Part shown: positions 1 through 12,230 of the stretch, piece after piece
Layout of the letters: each line of letters begins with the position of its first letter
Position numbering within the stretch: position 1 is the first letter of the stretch
Assembly: GCF_009914755.1 (NCBI RefSeq)
Contig: NC_060942.1
Strand: one strand, 5' to 3'
DNA from: the human T2T-CHM13v2.0 reference genome, Homo sapiens
Length of the DNA: 64,000 nt
Made by a program: the position numbers and the translations under genes
Notes under the pieces: model-generated
The model's input: only the letters and a program-made list of their open reading frames with translations
The model's database searches: none
What the model was told of the DNA's origin: nothing

Positions 1-1482
1 TATATACACAATGAAATCATATATGTATGGCCTAAATGTAGTCTATATGTGTATTATTTATAATTTATTCATTACATTTTAAATTCCATAAAAAATTATT
101 AAACTCATATCAAGTGCTGGTACGGGGTCCTTAAAGCAAGAACAAATGCACCTAATCCAGTTAAAGACAGGACTGCATAAGGGAAATGCCATTTCACTGA
201 ATTATTTGAATGATATAACTATCTACTTCATTTCTGTCAATTTCTTGGCCAAATTCCTTAGTTTCAAAGTCTTATTTCTTGTTCTTCACTGTATCTTTAG
301 TATTTTAACCTTGCTCTTCTTAGCACTTATCTCTCTGATGTCTTGTATCCCAGAGTGAACACAATACCTGCCCAATATGGTATATATTGATTTTTACAAA
401 GTCCTTGTTTGCAGCCTTGACAAACTGCAAGCAAGATATTTACAGCTATTTTCATAATATGTGCTTGATTTTTCTTAGCTTAGACATTTTTATACTAACA
501 AAATGCCATATTGAAATCATTCCTTGAAGTACCATTAGGAAGAGGCATTATCAACTGTTTGCCCCAATGTTTCTGAAAGTGTTGTGAGTAAACCAGATGA
601 GCAAGATTTTAAAAAGTTTAGGTCTGACAGAACTCTGGTTGTGGTAAGTTATTCAATAAATATACATAGATCATTACATCAGCTTCTTGGACAGGTCATT
701 TTTGAGAAAGAATAGATTCGTATTTTATTTTATATTGTAATATCCATCATTTAATTATTTTGGAATCATATAGATATATTATTAATGGATAGTTATTTTC
801 ATTAAATGTTTATTAATTTTTTATTTATAAAGGAGGTTCTACTTTCCCTCTCCACCTGGAATTTAAATGACTCTGTGAATCCAGCCTACATACAGCAGAA
901 AACAAACCTTGGCAGATAACAGTAGCAGCCTGTTTCCAGCAGTCATACTTTATGTCATTTTGGTCTGAATTTTTGTTCATTCTTACACTTGGTAGTTTCT
1001 TAGTTCTTAGACTTTTTTGGGCTCTGATCCCCAAAACAAGTCTTTCTTATTTTGAACAACTGTTTGTACCTTTGCATGTTTCTCTTAAACATCTTTTTGT
1101 GTCCCACTTTGACTTTATACATTGTCATTTTGTAGTCAGAGAAACTGGCACCAGCCAAAGACTCATGGCTTCATACAAGAAGGACCAGATTGGTATGATG
1201 CTAGCCTCTGAGGAAACAATAAATATTGTTTTAGTATACCATATTATTGTATATTTATATATGTATATATTTCATATTATTTCATTGACAACATTTACTT
1301 GGGAGATTTGTCTCAACAAAAATTATAGGAAATTGTAATTCTTAATTAGTAGAGAGCCTACTTTTTATTAAGAAATAATACTACTTCAAATTAAGAAATA
1401 TACATTATACATATCATAAAATATTACTAAGAATATGATAGTTTATAACAAATTATCAATATACATAGAGGGATTTTGATAT

Positions 1483-1695
1483 TAACAATAGCTAATATTT
1501 TTGTATGTTTACGTTGTGCCATGCACTGTTCTAGTAGCTTTACCTATATTAACTAATTTTATTCTCACAACAACCTTATGTGATAAGAACTAGTATTATT
1601 TCAATTTTATTAAAACCGATGAGAAAACTGAAGCAGAGAAGTTAAGCAGCTCGCCCAGTTTTATACCCAAACACAGTTAGTGAATAATTGAGAAC
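1483..1695 (-). mobile_element. MIR SINE relic
   Basis: Antisense MIR core: gtgccatgcactgttcta...attctcacaacaaccttatg...gatgagaaaactgaagcagagaagttaagcagctcgccc. Confidence 0.75.
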
Positions 1696-1829
1696 CAAAA
1701 TGAAAATAATACTGAATTGATTATTTTATATAACAAAGTTTAGTGGATAGGGGGCCATTCAAAGTAATCTCACAAATATTGAATAATTTTCATATCTACT
1801 GCTGAAGGGACATAGAGGGAGGTAAGCAG

Positions 1830-2200
1830 GCACATGAAGGGTTACCTAAGGTAACTGAAGAAAGGAGCAATCAGAGAAGGAACTCTAAAGAATGAACTAA
1901 GTCATGATAAACAGTGGAGTTAGTTTGGTGAGGTGGGAAGCAGGAAGCTGAAAGAGAGTGGAGTTTGGAAACTCTTCCAGACAGAAAGAATAGGAAGTGC
2001 CTGAGACAAGAGGAGTAGCCTGCTGGTTTTGGTGAACTGCAGAGGAAGGCTGGACTCAATCATGCACAGCCCCATAGACATATTGAAGACCTTGGGGTAT
2101 TTTGCAAGAGCAGTGGAAAGCTACTAAAAAGGTCTATAGACGCAAGTGACTTATTCACTCTAGCAGCACCATGGAGGACAGAATGAAATGATAAACTTAT
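1830..2200 (-). mobile_element. L2 LINE relic
   Basis: Purine-rich degraded L2-like text: cagccccatagacatattgaagaccttggggtattttgcaagagcagtggaaagctact. Confidence 0.55.
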
Positions 2201-4089
2201 AGAATCCAATAAAAAAGTTGTTTATGGTAATCACATCACAATGATTTAGATAAGTTTATTTTTGTTTCTAGCATCTCTAGATTTATAGAAGAGGAAAATA
2301 TGATTGTTTTAAATTTAGTTGTAATGGTATACATAACACCTTGGGACCACATATAGAAAGCATAATTTTCTTTACCTCTGGGATGCAGAATTTTTCAAAG
2401 CTTAGGTCTTGCAATCTAATGCTAACTTCTGAAGTCTACAATTTGCTAGTTATAATATATAAGCTAGGGCAAGCTGTTCACATGGGGAATAGGGAATAGT
2501 CAAGGTGAAAGTAGAGAAACATTTTAAAAGTCTTTATTGCATAAAAGAGGCACATTGTCTCAAAAATATCAACATTATGAGGTTAATATGTTGGTTGATT
2601 TAAAGAAAAATAAAGAACATAGTAAAAATCATTAAATTCAATTAATCTACTACTTAATCAAACAGGGGTGTATTGTGGAAATATCAACAAACAAGATTAA
2701 AATAAGCACACCGAAATGTAAACATCAGTTTACAGGAAATCTCTTTCTATGGCATATTTCATTCCTCAAGGAATGAAGCATTAAATCACTTCTGTGGTAT
2801 AAAAACACTCAATGAGTCAACATCTATTTATTGATCCTGTATTATATGTGGTCCAGTAAATCTGATTCTTCATTAACATGCATATTCCTAACTGTTGAGA
2901 TAAAAATTCTCTAGTTCTATATCCCAGTTTAGTTATTTCAGATGCTAAGTTTAATTATATTTGCATTTACAGATTAAGCATTTCTTAATGTGGTTATGAA
3001 GAAGATACATTTCTTTCTCAGAAGCATAAATTTATGTTCTTAAAAATGACCATAATAAGGAGATCTTGATAAAAATGTCAGTTAAAAAGTAAAAAAGAAC
3101 AAACAAGCTCTCTGCTTGCCTCAACGAGATCTAATCTAATTCTATTGCTAAAAATGTTGTTATCGGTACTGTATATTGACATATTTTTTATCAGTAGAGA
3201 ATGTTACTGTGGCTGATATTTGATTGAAAAGGATGTTGCAGCTGTTAGAGGAAAAAAAAGGAAAGAGAAAGGGACACTAGATGCTTGTTCCTCAGGCTAA
3301 TTGGCTGCCTCTAACCTTGTATTTGTTGACCCGAACCTTTTGTCCACATTTTCCTCACACCACAAGTACGCACTCATAAATTTCAGCTCCCAAGCTTATT
3401 ATATTTGAGATTATAAAATTCCAGGAGCTACGGTGCTAAAAGTGCTGCCTCTCAAACAATTTTCTCCAGTGATATTAACTTTGAATGCAAGAGATGTAAG
3501 TGATGGAGAGTTTACACATCAAATAAGTTATAGTCTATTTAATCTAAATCCTTCATTTAAAAGAAAATGACTAGATTTGGAGGTCAGGAGAACTTTACAA
3601 TTACACTGATATTCTTGGCCGGTTAATGGCTATACTTAACCAGTATAACAAACAACAAAACAATCATGATTCGGTGTTCTCACTGAAGAAATTATTCTTA
3701 AAAATAATAAAGAAGTTTGAATCAGTTGGATTACTAATTTCAGATTATTCTATGTAAAGCAAAGTCCATGCAAGATAGTAATTTATTCCATCTATGTGAA
3801 AGATACATTTTGTCTCTATACATCAATTACATTAAGTTGAATTTCACTGCCCAGTGTTTTAATTACTATAAACAGTTTTTAAAATCGTCCGAAGTAAACA
3901 TTTTACATTCTTAATGCCTTCATGAACGGTGTGAATTTTAATATTGTGTTTTCATATCTGAATATACAGAAGATAACTAATTTTCATCAAGGTATTTATC
4001 AAATAAAAATGATGATTTTATAGACCTATAATTCACTCAATTTGAAAATTATGAAATTTGTTTGGCATTAAATTTTTGGAGGCATTTAA

Positions 4090-4531
4090 AAAATAAACCT
4101 GCAAATCCTCTTGCTTAGATTTCTGTCTTGACTAGCAACTTACCTTCCTCAGCTGCCAGGAGTGTTGGCTGTGGATGGGTCCCAGGTGAGCCTGTACTGG
4201 GAACTGGTCTCAGCCTAAAGGGAACTAACTGCCTTGCTCAAGGTTGTATGCCATCCCAAGAAAATGTCACATCCAAAGACTGGTTGACTTGGAGGTAAAA
4301 AAGAGTCAGGGCTTTGGCCACAATTCCAACAAATGAAGGCCATCCCAGCTTCAGAGATTCCTGTGGGATTGTCTGAGGTCTTTGTTCACTGCATAGCAGT
4401 CCAACTTCTCCCTCTACCTGTTACTATTTATTTGACTCCCTCAGAGTTGTGTCCTGGAGTACATCCCAATAAACTTCTTGCTTACTAATCTCCATCTCAC
4501 AGTCTGTTTCCCCAAGGAATCCATCTTAGAA
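4090..4531 (+). mobile_element. ERVL 5' LTR (LTR16 family)
   Basis: LTR16-type 3' end cccAATAAActtcttgcttactaatctccatctcacagtctgtttcccaaggaatccatcttaga, followed directly by ERVL internal sequence. Confidence 0.75.
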
Positions 4532-5058
4532 TATGTTGGAACTAAGAATAGCCTAAGAAAGTAAGCTTAAAATATGGATTTTGGATCATCATCCCCTGGA
4601 CAGTGGCGATGAGGACCCCATGGATAGGGCTAGCCTCTGGTGTGCCATAAAAGTACAGTTGTGAAATTTAAAATTTGACTGGTAGTAGAATGGGGAAAAG
4701 GCATGTACTGTAACTGGCTGCTGCAGTATTCCACGTATTTGAGAGGATCTCAGAAAATAGGAATTATGAAGACAATAGGATTGGATAATGGTCTTAAGTG
4801 CAGTAACATATGCAATGACAGTGAATGGCATTGGAAAAAAAGTGAGAAGGTTATTAATGGAAAATTTAATGCAAAGTGTGAAAGACACAGTGTTTCCTTG
4901 GCAACATGTAAAGAGACTCTCCTCTTCTTAGCCAGGGAGCAGAAATGCTCAAGGTCAGTCCCAAGACTTAATTTAAAAGATAAATAGGGGCCTTAATTAA
5001 ACAGAATAGGAATCCGGATAATTAGGAATGAAAATATCTGGGTTGAAACTCTAACCCT
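4532..5058 (+). mobile_element. HERV16/ERV3-16A3-like internal region, leader and gag remnant
   Basis: atggattttgga...gatgaggacccca...tagcctctggtgtg resembles the ERVL-16 leader. The translation KVINGKFNAKCERHSVSLATCKETL is ERVL gag-like, with frameshifts and stops. Confidence 0.65.
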
Positions 5059-5802
5059 ATATTGATAAACACTCCCATCTCACCTTCTATTCTGTCCCCC
5101 TCCTTCTTACAACACCTTCAAAATCCAGTTCCCTGTGGACTCTCTCATCTCCTGTCTGAACATAGTAGGTTTGTAGTTCCATGAGGTATGGTCCCTTTCC
5201 TTTCTTAGCAGGCCCAGCGTTTATCTAGCTGGATTATGTTGTGACTTGACATTAGTTAACGGTTAGTGGCTAGGAGGAGAGATGGGAGTATATCCTGAGG
5301 GGAGAGCACATGCTATTTTACAAGAGGCCTTTGCATCACCTTCAAACAGTGGAGTACCAGCCACTGAAAAGGAGGAAGGTGTCATTGCTGCAGATCAATA
5401 AAATCTGGGGTGCCTTGAGATTTCCAGGGGTTACAGTTTCAACCCAGATATTGTCAATCCTAACTCTCAGGATCCCAATTCTGTTTAATTAAGGCCCTTA
5501 TCCTTGTCATTGATGACATTTCTTTGCCTCTGAAATCTTTTAAATTAAGTCTTGGAACTGACCTTGAGCTTTTCAGCTCTCTGGCTAAGAAGGTGAGAGT
5601 TTCTTTACATGTTGCTAAGGAAACCCTGTGTCTTTCACATTTTGCATTAAATTTTCCATTAATAACCTTCTCTATTTTTTTCCAATACCATTCACTGTCT
5701 TTGCATATGTTATTGCACTTAAGACCATCATCCAATCCTATTGTCTTCATAATTCTTACTTTTTGAGAACCCCTCGAATACCTGGAATATGGCAGCAGCC
5801 GG
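5059..5802 (-). mobile_element. Inverted HERV16-like gag segment (includes a second copy of 4714-5058)
   Basis: The reverse complement of 5428-5802 aligns to 4714-5058 (~90% by eye over the core), then continues into further gag-like sequence down to 5059. Confidence 0.75.
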
Positions 5803-6170
5803 TAGGAATGAAATTCCTGTTTCCTTGATGGTTATTAGCTTAGGGCTGTTCCCAGGTTCTAGAGGCCACCCACATTCCTTGGCTTGTGGCCCTTTTCCAC
5901 CATTTTCAAAACCAGTAATAGCACAAGTCCTCTCAAGCTTTCTATCTCTCTTGTCTCTTCTTCCACAATCACATCTGTCTGTCCTACCATTCTGCTTTTC
6001 CTTTTCCACTTTTAAATGCCCATATGATTACTTTAGACCTACCAGGATAATAAAAAATAATGTTAGGTGACTATCCATCTTAATTTTATCCCACCCACAA
6101 CATTAATTCCCTTTGCTATGTAATGTAATGTATTCACAGATGTAATATCAGGAAATCCAAAATCCTACCA
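5803..6170 (-). mobile_element. MLT1 (MaLR LTR) fragment, 3'-truncated
   Basis: ttctagaggccacccacattccttggcttgtggccc is the antisense of the MLT1 core gggccacaagccaaggaatgtgggtggcctctagaa. Confidence 0.8.
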
Positions 6171-6828
6171 GTGATGCCCTGTTTACCATCACATCCAGTG
6201 ACCCATTTTCTGCTTCCTGTCCAGGCAATCCTGGTCTCTGTGGGCTTAGAGATACTGCTCTCTAGAAGGAGAACTCTGTCACCAGAGGGCACATAAAGAT
6301 TCTCATAAAGTTTTAAACTGTAGTCACTATTTTGGTCACTGCTGACTCTTGTGCAAAGGAGAAAGAGAAGGAATCACCATCCAGGCAGGGTAATTGGCCT
6401 TGATGATCAAGAGGCAGTAGAACTATGAATATACAGTGAAGATATTTTGCCAATAAATTCATTCTTGGGGGCATGCTCCTCTATTTCCTTGCCCAATTTT
6501 GAGGTTAAATGGAAAAGTGGAGCAGCCACGGCCTGTACTTGCTCAGACTCCTGAAGGATGAGGTTCTACATCACACCAGCAGGCAATCCATTTGGAGCTT
6601 GTGGATTGTGAGAAGAGCATAGAATGACTAGTAGAGAAGAAGCATGCTGAACATCAGCTGCAGTTGTGAGACCCGCTGTAGCAGTGGGGTCTACAGATTA
6701 TTCCACTACTCCCCTCTCATAGATTTACCACAACAAGAAATCATCTAGAATCCTATAGTATCCATTTCTAAACAAGACAAATTTATAATGTGTAACAAGT
6801 GACTGTAAGTGGCACGGCATAGTAGCAT
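6171..6828 (+). mobile_element. ERVL internal 3' remnant (pol/3' region)
   Basis: ERVL-like text accatcacatccagtgaccca...gggcttagag...ggaatcaccatccaggcagggtaattggccttgatgatcaagagg, lying directly upstream of the 3' LTR. Confidence 0.6.
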
Positions 6829-7223
6829 TGAATATTTCTGTGAGACACCAACCAGATGCACTCCTTCATCTGCAATGTAGATGGTATTGTTCCAGGATAA
6901 TTTCCCTCAGCAGAGGGGATCTGCCTCACCAAAGGTTATCCTCCCTTCCTAGGGGAAGTTCATATTCCACGATGGGTCCATTGGGGGTACAAAGGTCAGC
7001 CATGTTGCCTCATTTTGGAACACCTCTGCAGACTACCCTAGTTCTTGTGTTCCTCTTAGGAGCAGCCAAGGCTTTTATACTGAATGGATTAGTCTTCAAA
7101 TTTGCTCAGTTCTACTTCCTCAATTCTCTCACAGGTGTTAAGCCCTTGACCATTTCCTAATAAACTTCCTGAAAACTAATCTCCAGCTCAGAATATGGTT
7201 TCTGAGAAAGCTGACCTAAGACA
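6829..7223 (+). mobile_element. ERVL 3' LTR (LTR16 family)
   Basis: Ends cctAATAAActtcctgaaaactaatctccagctcagaatatggttttctgagaaagctgacctaagaCA. Homologous to, but strongly diverged from, 4090-4531. Confidence 0.75.
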
Positions 7224-7879
7224 TCTTGTATGCTTATTGAAATGCTGTCTTTGTAGACATTCCTTCAAACATGGATTTGGAAACATTTGATTTTACTTGC
7301 TTTGGGATGATACTTTTAAAAATGATCAAAGTTTGTTATTTTAACACTAATAAACTATGTGAGCCAAATGGCAAGGAAACATTACATATCAAAGCATCAT
7401 GCTTTTAAAAAATGTTTCTATTGGCCACAAGATTTGGCAATGTATGCTTCATAGTGGTATTAAAAATGATTTTCATGCCAATTTCTTTTTGAAAGCAGTA
7501 GGGTTACTTATAGTAGCAGAACTTTTTCTGTTGAATTCTCAATCTCATTCCATTTGTTAATAAGATTCCTAAAGAAACAAAACAGCCATCTCAAGTCATT
7601 TTTAGAAATATGCTGGTAAAAATAACACATTTTTTAATAAGTCTGGAAAATATATTATAATAAAAGTGGAACCACATAGGGAAATGAAGCAAAAGGCTTC
7701 TCTCTTGTTCTAAATGCAATTATTTGTAAGTATGGCAGTCAGATAATTGTCAAATACAGAGATAAGCAATTGAGTAAGAGTGCCTTGCTAAAAAACATGT
7801 TTCTTAAGTTCATAGAATATTATTGATATAGTTGTATGTTCCTCAAGCACTAATACAATTACTTGCACAGGTATAGATG

Positions 7880-8047
7880 TTTTGACTATTTGAATCTGTA
7901 TAATCTTGGAGAAGTCATCTAATACTTGTTTTGCATTTCAAAAAATAAAGGTAATAGTCTTGTTGAGAGGATATAATATAAGTTGTAAAACATTTATTAT
8001 AGTTTATCACATGGTAACCAATAAATAATTTTAGCTGTAATTATCAT
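7880..8047 (+). mobile_element. MIR relic
   Basis: tgtataatcttggagaagtcatctaa...aaaataaaggtaatag...ttgttgagaggat...cacatggtaaccaataaataattttagct. Confidence 0.6.
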
Positions 8048-8114
8048 CTTCATTTCAAGCATTTCTTCAATTAGTAGGTTGGTCATGAATCCTCAAATCA
8101 CATTATTGACAACT

Positions 8115-8388
8115 GATAATAATATGTCATAATTGTATGGTTTTACTATGTGTCAGGCTGCTAATCACTTTTTCTGTGTTATCTTATTTAACTCTCACAA
8201 TCACCATGTGGGGAAAGCTATGTTATTCACATCATTATTTCCATTTCGTAGCTGAGAAGATTATACACAAAGGGGAGAACTTATCTCCCTATAATCATAT
8301 AGCGAGTACATAGCCGAATCTAAGATTTGAATCTAAATCTTCTTATTTTAAAATTTCATGCTATGAACCTCTCCAATGTACTACCTTC
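8115..8388 (-). mobile_element. MIR relic
   Basis: ttactatgtgtcaggc...atttaactctcacaatcaccatg...tttccatttcgtagctgagaa...agatttgaatctaaatct. Confidence 0.7.
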
Positions 8389-9005
8389 TGCATTATGGAA
8401 CCTTAATCAGGGGAATACCAATGTTGTCAAATTAGTGTAAAACATAGAGGAAGGGAGAGATATTTGTTTGGATAAGCGATTGAACTAATCTGATCAGGTT
8501 TCTGATTGGAATACTGCCAATATTCACAGAGACAAATTGGTCTTACAACAATATCATTAAAAAAAACAAATAATGAAAACAAATATACCTTACTGGCATC
8601 TGTTCTTCCCAAATTTGAACTATATCTTCAAGCTAAGACAATCTCTCCAGGTTTCTAAAATGTTCTAGGATCAATTTTCATAGATCTGTATTTCTAGTGT
8701 TGTTTTCAAATTATCAACCTAAATGTCTTTCCAGATATCTGGGTCCCCTTTCCAATTCCACACTCGTTTAATCTTTCTCAAATTATTTAATTTTATTTTC
8801 TGGAATTTCCAGTCACCTATAAGGAAGCTGGTGTTCGTAGTATTATAAAAATATTGACGGTGTACTGAAAAAAAAATACTCCACCCACTAAAACATCAGC
8901 AGTATCAATCAGAAAAAAGGGCACTTTCTGTGCTTAAGACAACTAGTTTTTCTACCGTACAAAAAGAACCACAACCAAAGAACTTTCATTGGTGAGTTTG
9001 AGCCA

Positions 9006-9531
9006 TGCAGCAGTTTCAAAATATGTCCAAAAATCCTTTACCACTTTATCTCCAAGAGTGGAGTTAGTTTCCCCTACCCTCGAGCATGGACTGAATTTAG
9101 TGAGTCACTTGTAATAAATAGAATTTCACAGAAATGAAAACATAAAGGGCATTCAGAATCTTCCTTATGTCCTTACTCTATCACTGTTTTTTCTCTCTCT
9201 TATTTCACTTCTCTTATTTAACTTCCCGTTCTTTCCCTTCTCTCTTATCTCATGCTCAGAAGAAAGATAGTTGCCATATTGTGAGGACACTCAAGTAGAT
9301 CCATGGAGTGGTCCCCATGATTGAAAACAACGGCATCTTCCAAGAGATGTGAAGGAGTCATCTTGGAAGCAGATTCTCCAGGCCTACTCTGTTCATGAGA
9401 GACACTAAGACAGAATTCACCCAGATGAGCCACTCTCAAATCTCTGAACCACAGACACTGAGATAATAAACATTATTTTAAGTTGTTACATTTGGAAGTA
9501 ATTTATTATGCAGCAATAAATAACAAATACA
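9006..9531 (+). mobile_element. MLT1 solo LTR (MLT1F/G/H-like)
   Basis: Core gtcatcttggaagcagattctccag. Typical 3' end aataaacattattttaag...aatttattatgcagcaataaataacaaataCA. Confidence 0.8.
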
Positions 9532-9647
9532 GGCCAGTAATTAATAGTCTCTGAGTCCTGCAATAAAATTTCCTAGCAAAAATACTGGAAGAGAAATATT
9601 TTCCAAGAGATACGCAAAAATTAAAAAAAATCAAAAGACAAGTCTTC

Positions 9648-10518
9648 TTCATACAAGTGGCCAACAAACATGAAAAAATGTTCAATGTCAGTAATCATCA
9701 GAGAAATGAAAATCAAAACCACAGTGAGATACAATCTCATATTAGTCAGAACGGTTATTATTAAAAAGTGAAAAAAACAACAGATGCTGGCGAGGCTGTG
9801 GAGAAAAAGGGGCACTTATACACTGTTGGTGGGAATGCAAATTAGTTCAGCCATTGTAGAAAGCGATTTGGAGATTTCTCAAGGAACTTGAAACAGAACT
9901 ATCATTTGACTCAGGAATCCCATTGCTGGGTATACATCCAAAAGAAAATAAATCATTCTACCAAAAATACACACATACTCATATGTTCATCACAGTGTTA
10001 TTCACAATAGGAAAGACATGAAATCAACGTAGGTGAATAGATAAAGAAAATGGGTACTTACACCATTTTGGATATGGTGGGTTGGATAAAGAAAATGCGG
10101 TATATATACACAATGTGGTATATATACACAACGGAATACTACACAGCAGTTAAAAAAAACAAAAAAAAAATCATGTTCTTTACTCAACGTGGATGCAGCT
10201 GGAGGCCATTATTCTAAGTGAATTAATGTAGGAATGGGAAAACAAATACCATGTGCTCTCACTTATAAGTGTGAGCTAAATATTGAGTACTCATGGACAT
10301 AAAGATGGCAACAATGGAAACTAGGGTCTACTAGAGAGGGAATAGAGGGAGCGGGGAAAGTTCTGAAAAAACGATTGGGTACAACGCTCAGTACCTGGGT
10401 GACAAGAGCAATCATACCCTCACCCTCAGTATCATGCAATATACCCGTGTAACAAACCCGTACTGTATCCCCTGAATCTAAAATAAAAGTTGAAATCATA
10501 AAATCAGAACAAAACAAG
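9648..10518 (+). mobile_element. 5'-truncated L1 3' end (L1PB4-like)
   Basis: ORF2 C-terminal text plus a 3'UTR ending cccctgaatctaaaataaaagttgaaat and an A-rich tail. Degenerate TSD aaa(g/a)acaag(t/c)cttc. Confidence 0.85.
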
Positions 10519-11633
10519 AAAAACAAGCCTTCAATAGCTGCACGTTGGTTTTCTAAATGTTCCTCACTATATTAAAGTTGAACACATGAAAATCTTCTAA
10601 GGCATATATTTTTATTTTCCTTTTTCTCACTTATCTTTATATATTGTATTTATAATCTATCTAGTCAATCTTGGTCACAGAGCATATGGATAATTAAACC
10701 AAGGACATAGATATAATCACCTTATAGACCTATATATCCTGATCAGAGAAAACTAGTTTCTTAGAACCACTAATGTAGAAAAATACCTTATTATAGACGA
10801 GGTTATGTGGAATTTTCCACTTATCTCAGAAGGCTATTAGAGAATATGCATTGCTTTGCACTAACTATATCACCAACACTGAGAAAATAACAGAAAAGTT
10901 CAGGTCCTACTTATGTTGCAGATATTATTACCTTCATATGAAGATACACAGATGAAAATACACAGATGAAAATGTGTAAAATAAAAAGATCTCTAAACCT
11001 ACCCTGAGATTGGAAAATTTCATGAATGAGAAATAGGTCATTCACTTTTTCAAGTTATTATTTTGCAAACAGGGCTTCAAAATACAATTTAAATTATTGC
11101 AGAGTTGTATGTATACTGAGTAGTTCCCACATATTTAATAGTATACATTAAAATATAATAAACTTGCTTTCCTACAGTTGTTAAAAAACTGATATGCATT
11201 TGAGGCAAATTTTCAGTTAAATAAGATAAGGTAAATGCACCATTTCTCCCAACTTTTGATATGAATGAGCTCTGGGCTTCTGTTAGATGAATCACTATAG
11301 ATGCATTTGAGTCAATTTAAAGACAAAGGTGATACGGTGTCAAAAAAAAGGGGGGGCGGGGAAATACGTGAGAAACAATCTGTGTTCTAGTCCTGGTTCT
11401 GCCAACAACCAGACTTAAAATATTAATCTTTCAGTTACTATTATATTTGAATAATAATAAAATAATAACAGACAAGGAAATAATATTTCTTTATTAGCAC
11501 AAAAATTGCAGTCTGATCCCTTTTTTCCTATCATTATTAAGCAATTAGATACAGGAGCTCAACACTGTCATTATAGGAATTCAAAGCGAATACCAAAAAT
11601 ATGAATTTAAATGACAACACTTGGTGGCATACA

Positions 11634-11787
11634 AAAAGAGAAAGGAAGGAAGGGAGAGAAGAAGGAAGGGAGGGAGGGAGGAAGGAAAGAAAGGAGGAAG
11701 GAAGGAAGGGAGGGAGGGAGGAAGGAAGGAAGGAAGGAAAGAAGGAAGGAATTAAGGAAGGAAGGAGGGAAGGAAGGAAAAGAAAAA
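11634..11787. repeat. (GGAA/GGGA)n polypurine microsatellite
   Basis: About 150 bp almost purely A/G. Longest perfect run is 5x GGAA at 11720-11739. Confidence 0.95.
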
Positions 11788-11822
11788 ATGTATTCTCCAC
11801 TGCTTGGTGAGGAGAAAATCTG

Positions 11823-12230
11823 ACAAAAATGTATTGAGCTGAGTAATAAAATGGGCCTGGCACTTTATTGAGTGTTAAGCATTCAAAAACTAATAATATA
11901 TGGCCCAAGTATGCTTGTGTAACTCCTTGTCTAGTATGAAAGGGCAGATACGTAATAAATTGTATAACAATACAATAAATTGTAACATTGAATTGTGTAC
12001 TGGGAAAAAAAAGAGGAATTGATTTGAGTGAGTTAGAGAGGATTTCACAAAGGCCAGGATACTTAGGCAGTCCCTTCAAGAATCCATAAAAAATGCTCAC
12101 ATGTAAAGAAGATGGGGAGCAAATCTGGTTAGAATGAAAGCATGTGCAAAGATATGGATATATGGAAAAGAATGAGGTATTTGGAGAAGTGTGAGTTTTA
12201 AACGGGTGTAGGTTAGAGTATCTGTAGTAG
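11823..12230 (-). mobile_element. L2 relic
   Basis: aaaaatgtattgag...ggcctggcactttattgag...tctagtatgaaagggcagatacg...gaggatttcacaaagg pattern. Confidence 0.5.

Noticed and set aside
952-1338. 128-aa hydrophobic ORF
   Set aside because: Composition reflects T-rich sequence, with no recognisable domain or promoter context.
4703-4987. Paralogous ORF pair (with 5460-5750 minus) that looks like a duplicated small gene
   Set aside because: Frameshifted ERVL gag remnant. The similarity is explained by the DNA-level inverted duplication.
7880-8388. Tail-to-tail MIR pair as a possible hairpin
   Set aside because: The copies are too diverged to pair stably, and the arrangement is common.
10944-10971. 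14-bp tandem duplication atacacagatgaaa x2
   Set aside because: Ordinary slippage duplication with no further structure.
11537-12100. 187-aa minus ORF and overlapping R/K/E/G-rich plus ORFs
   Set aside because: They are translations of the GGAA microsatellite and an L2 relic, low complexity with no gene structure.
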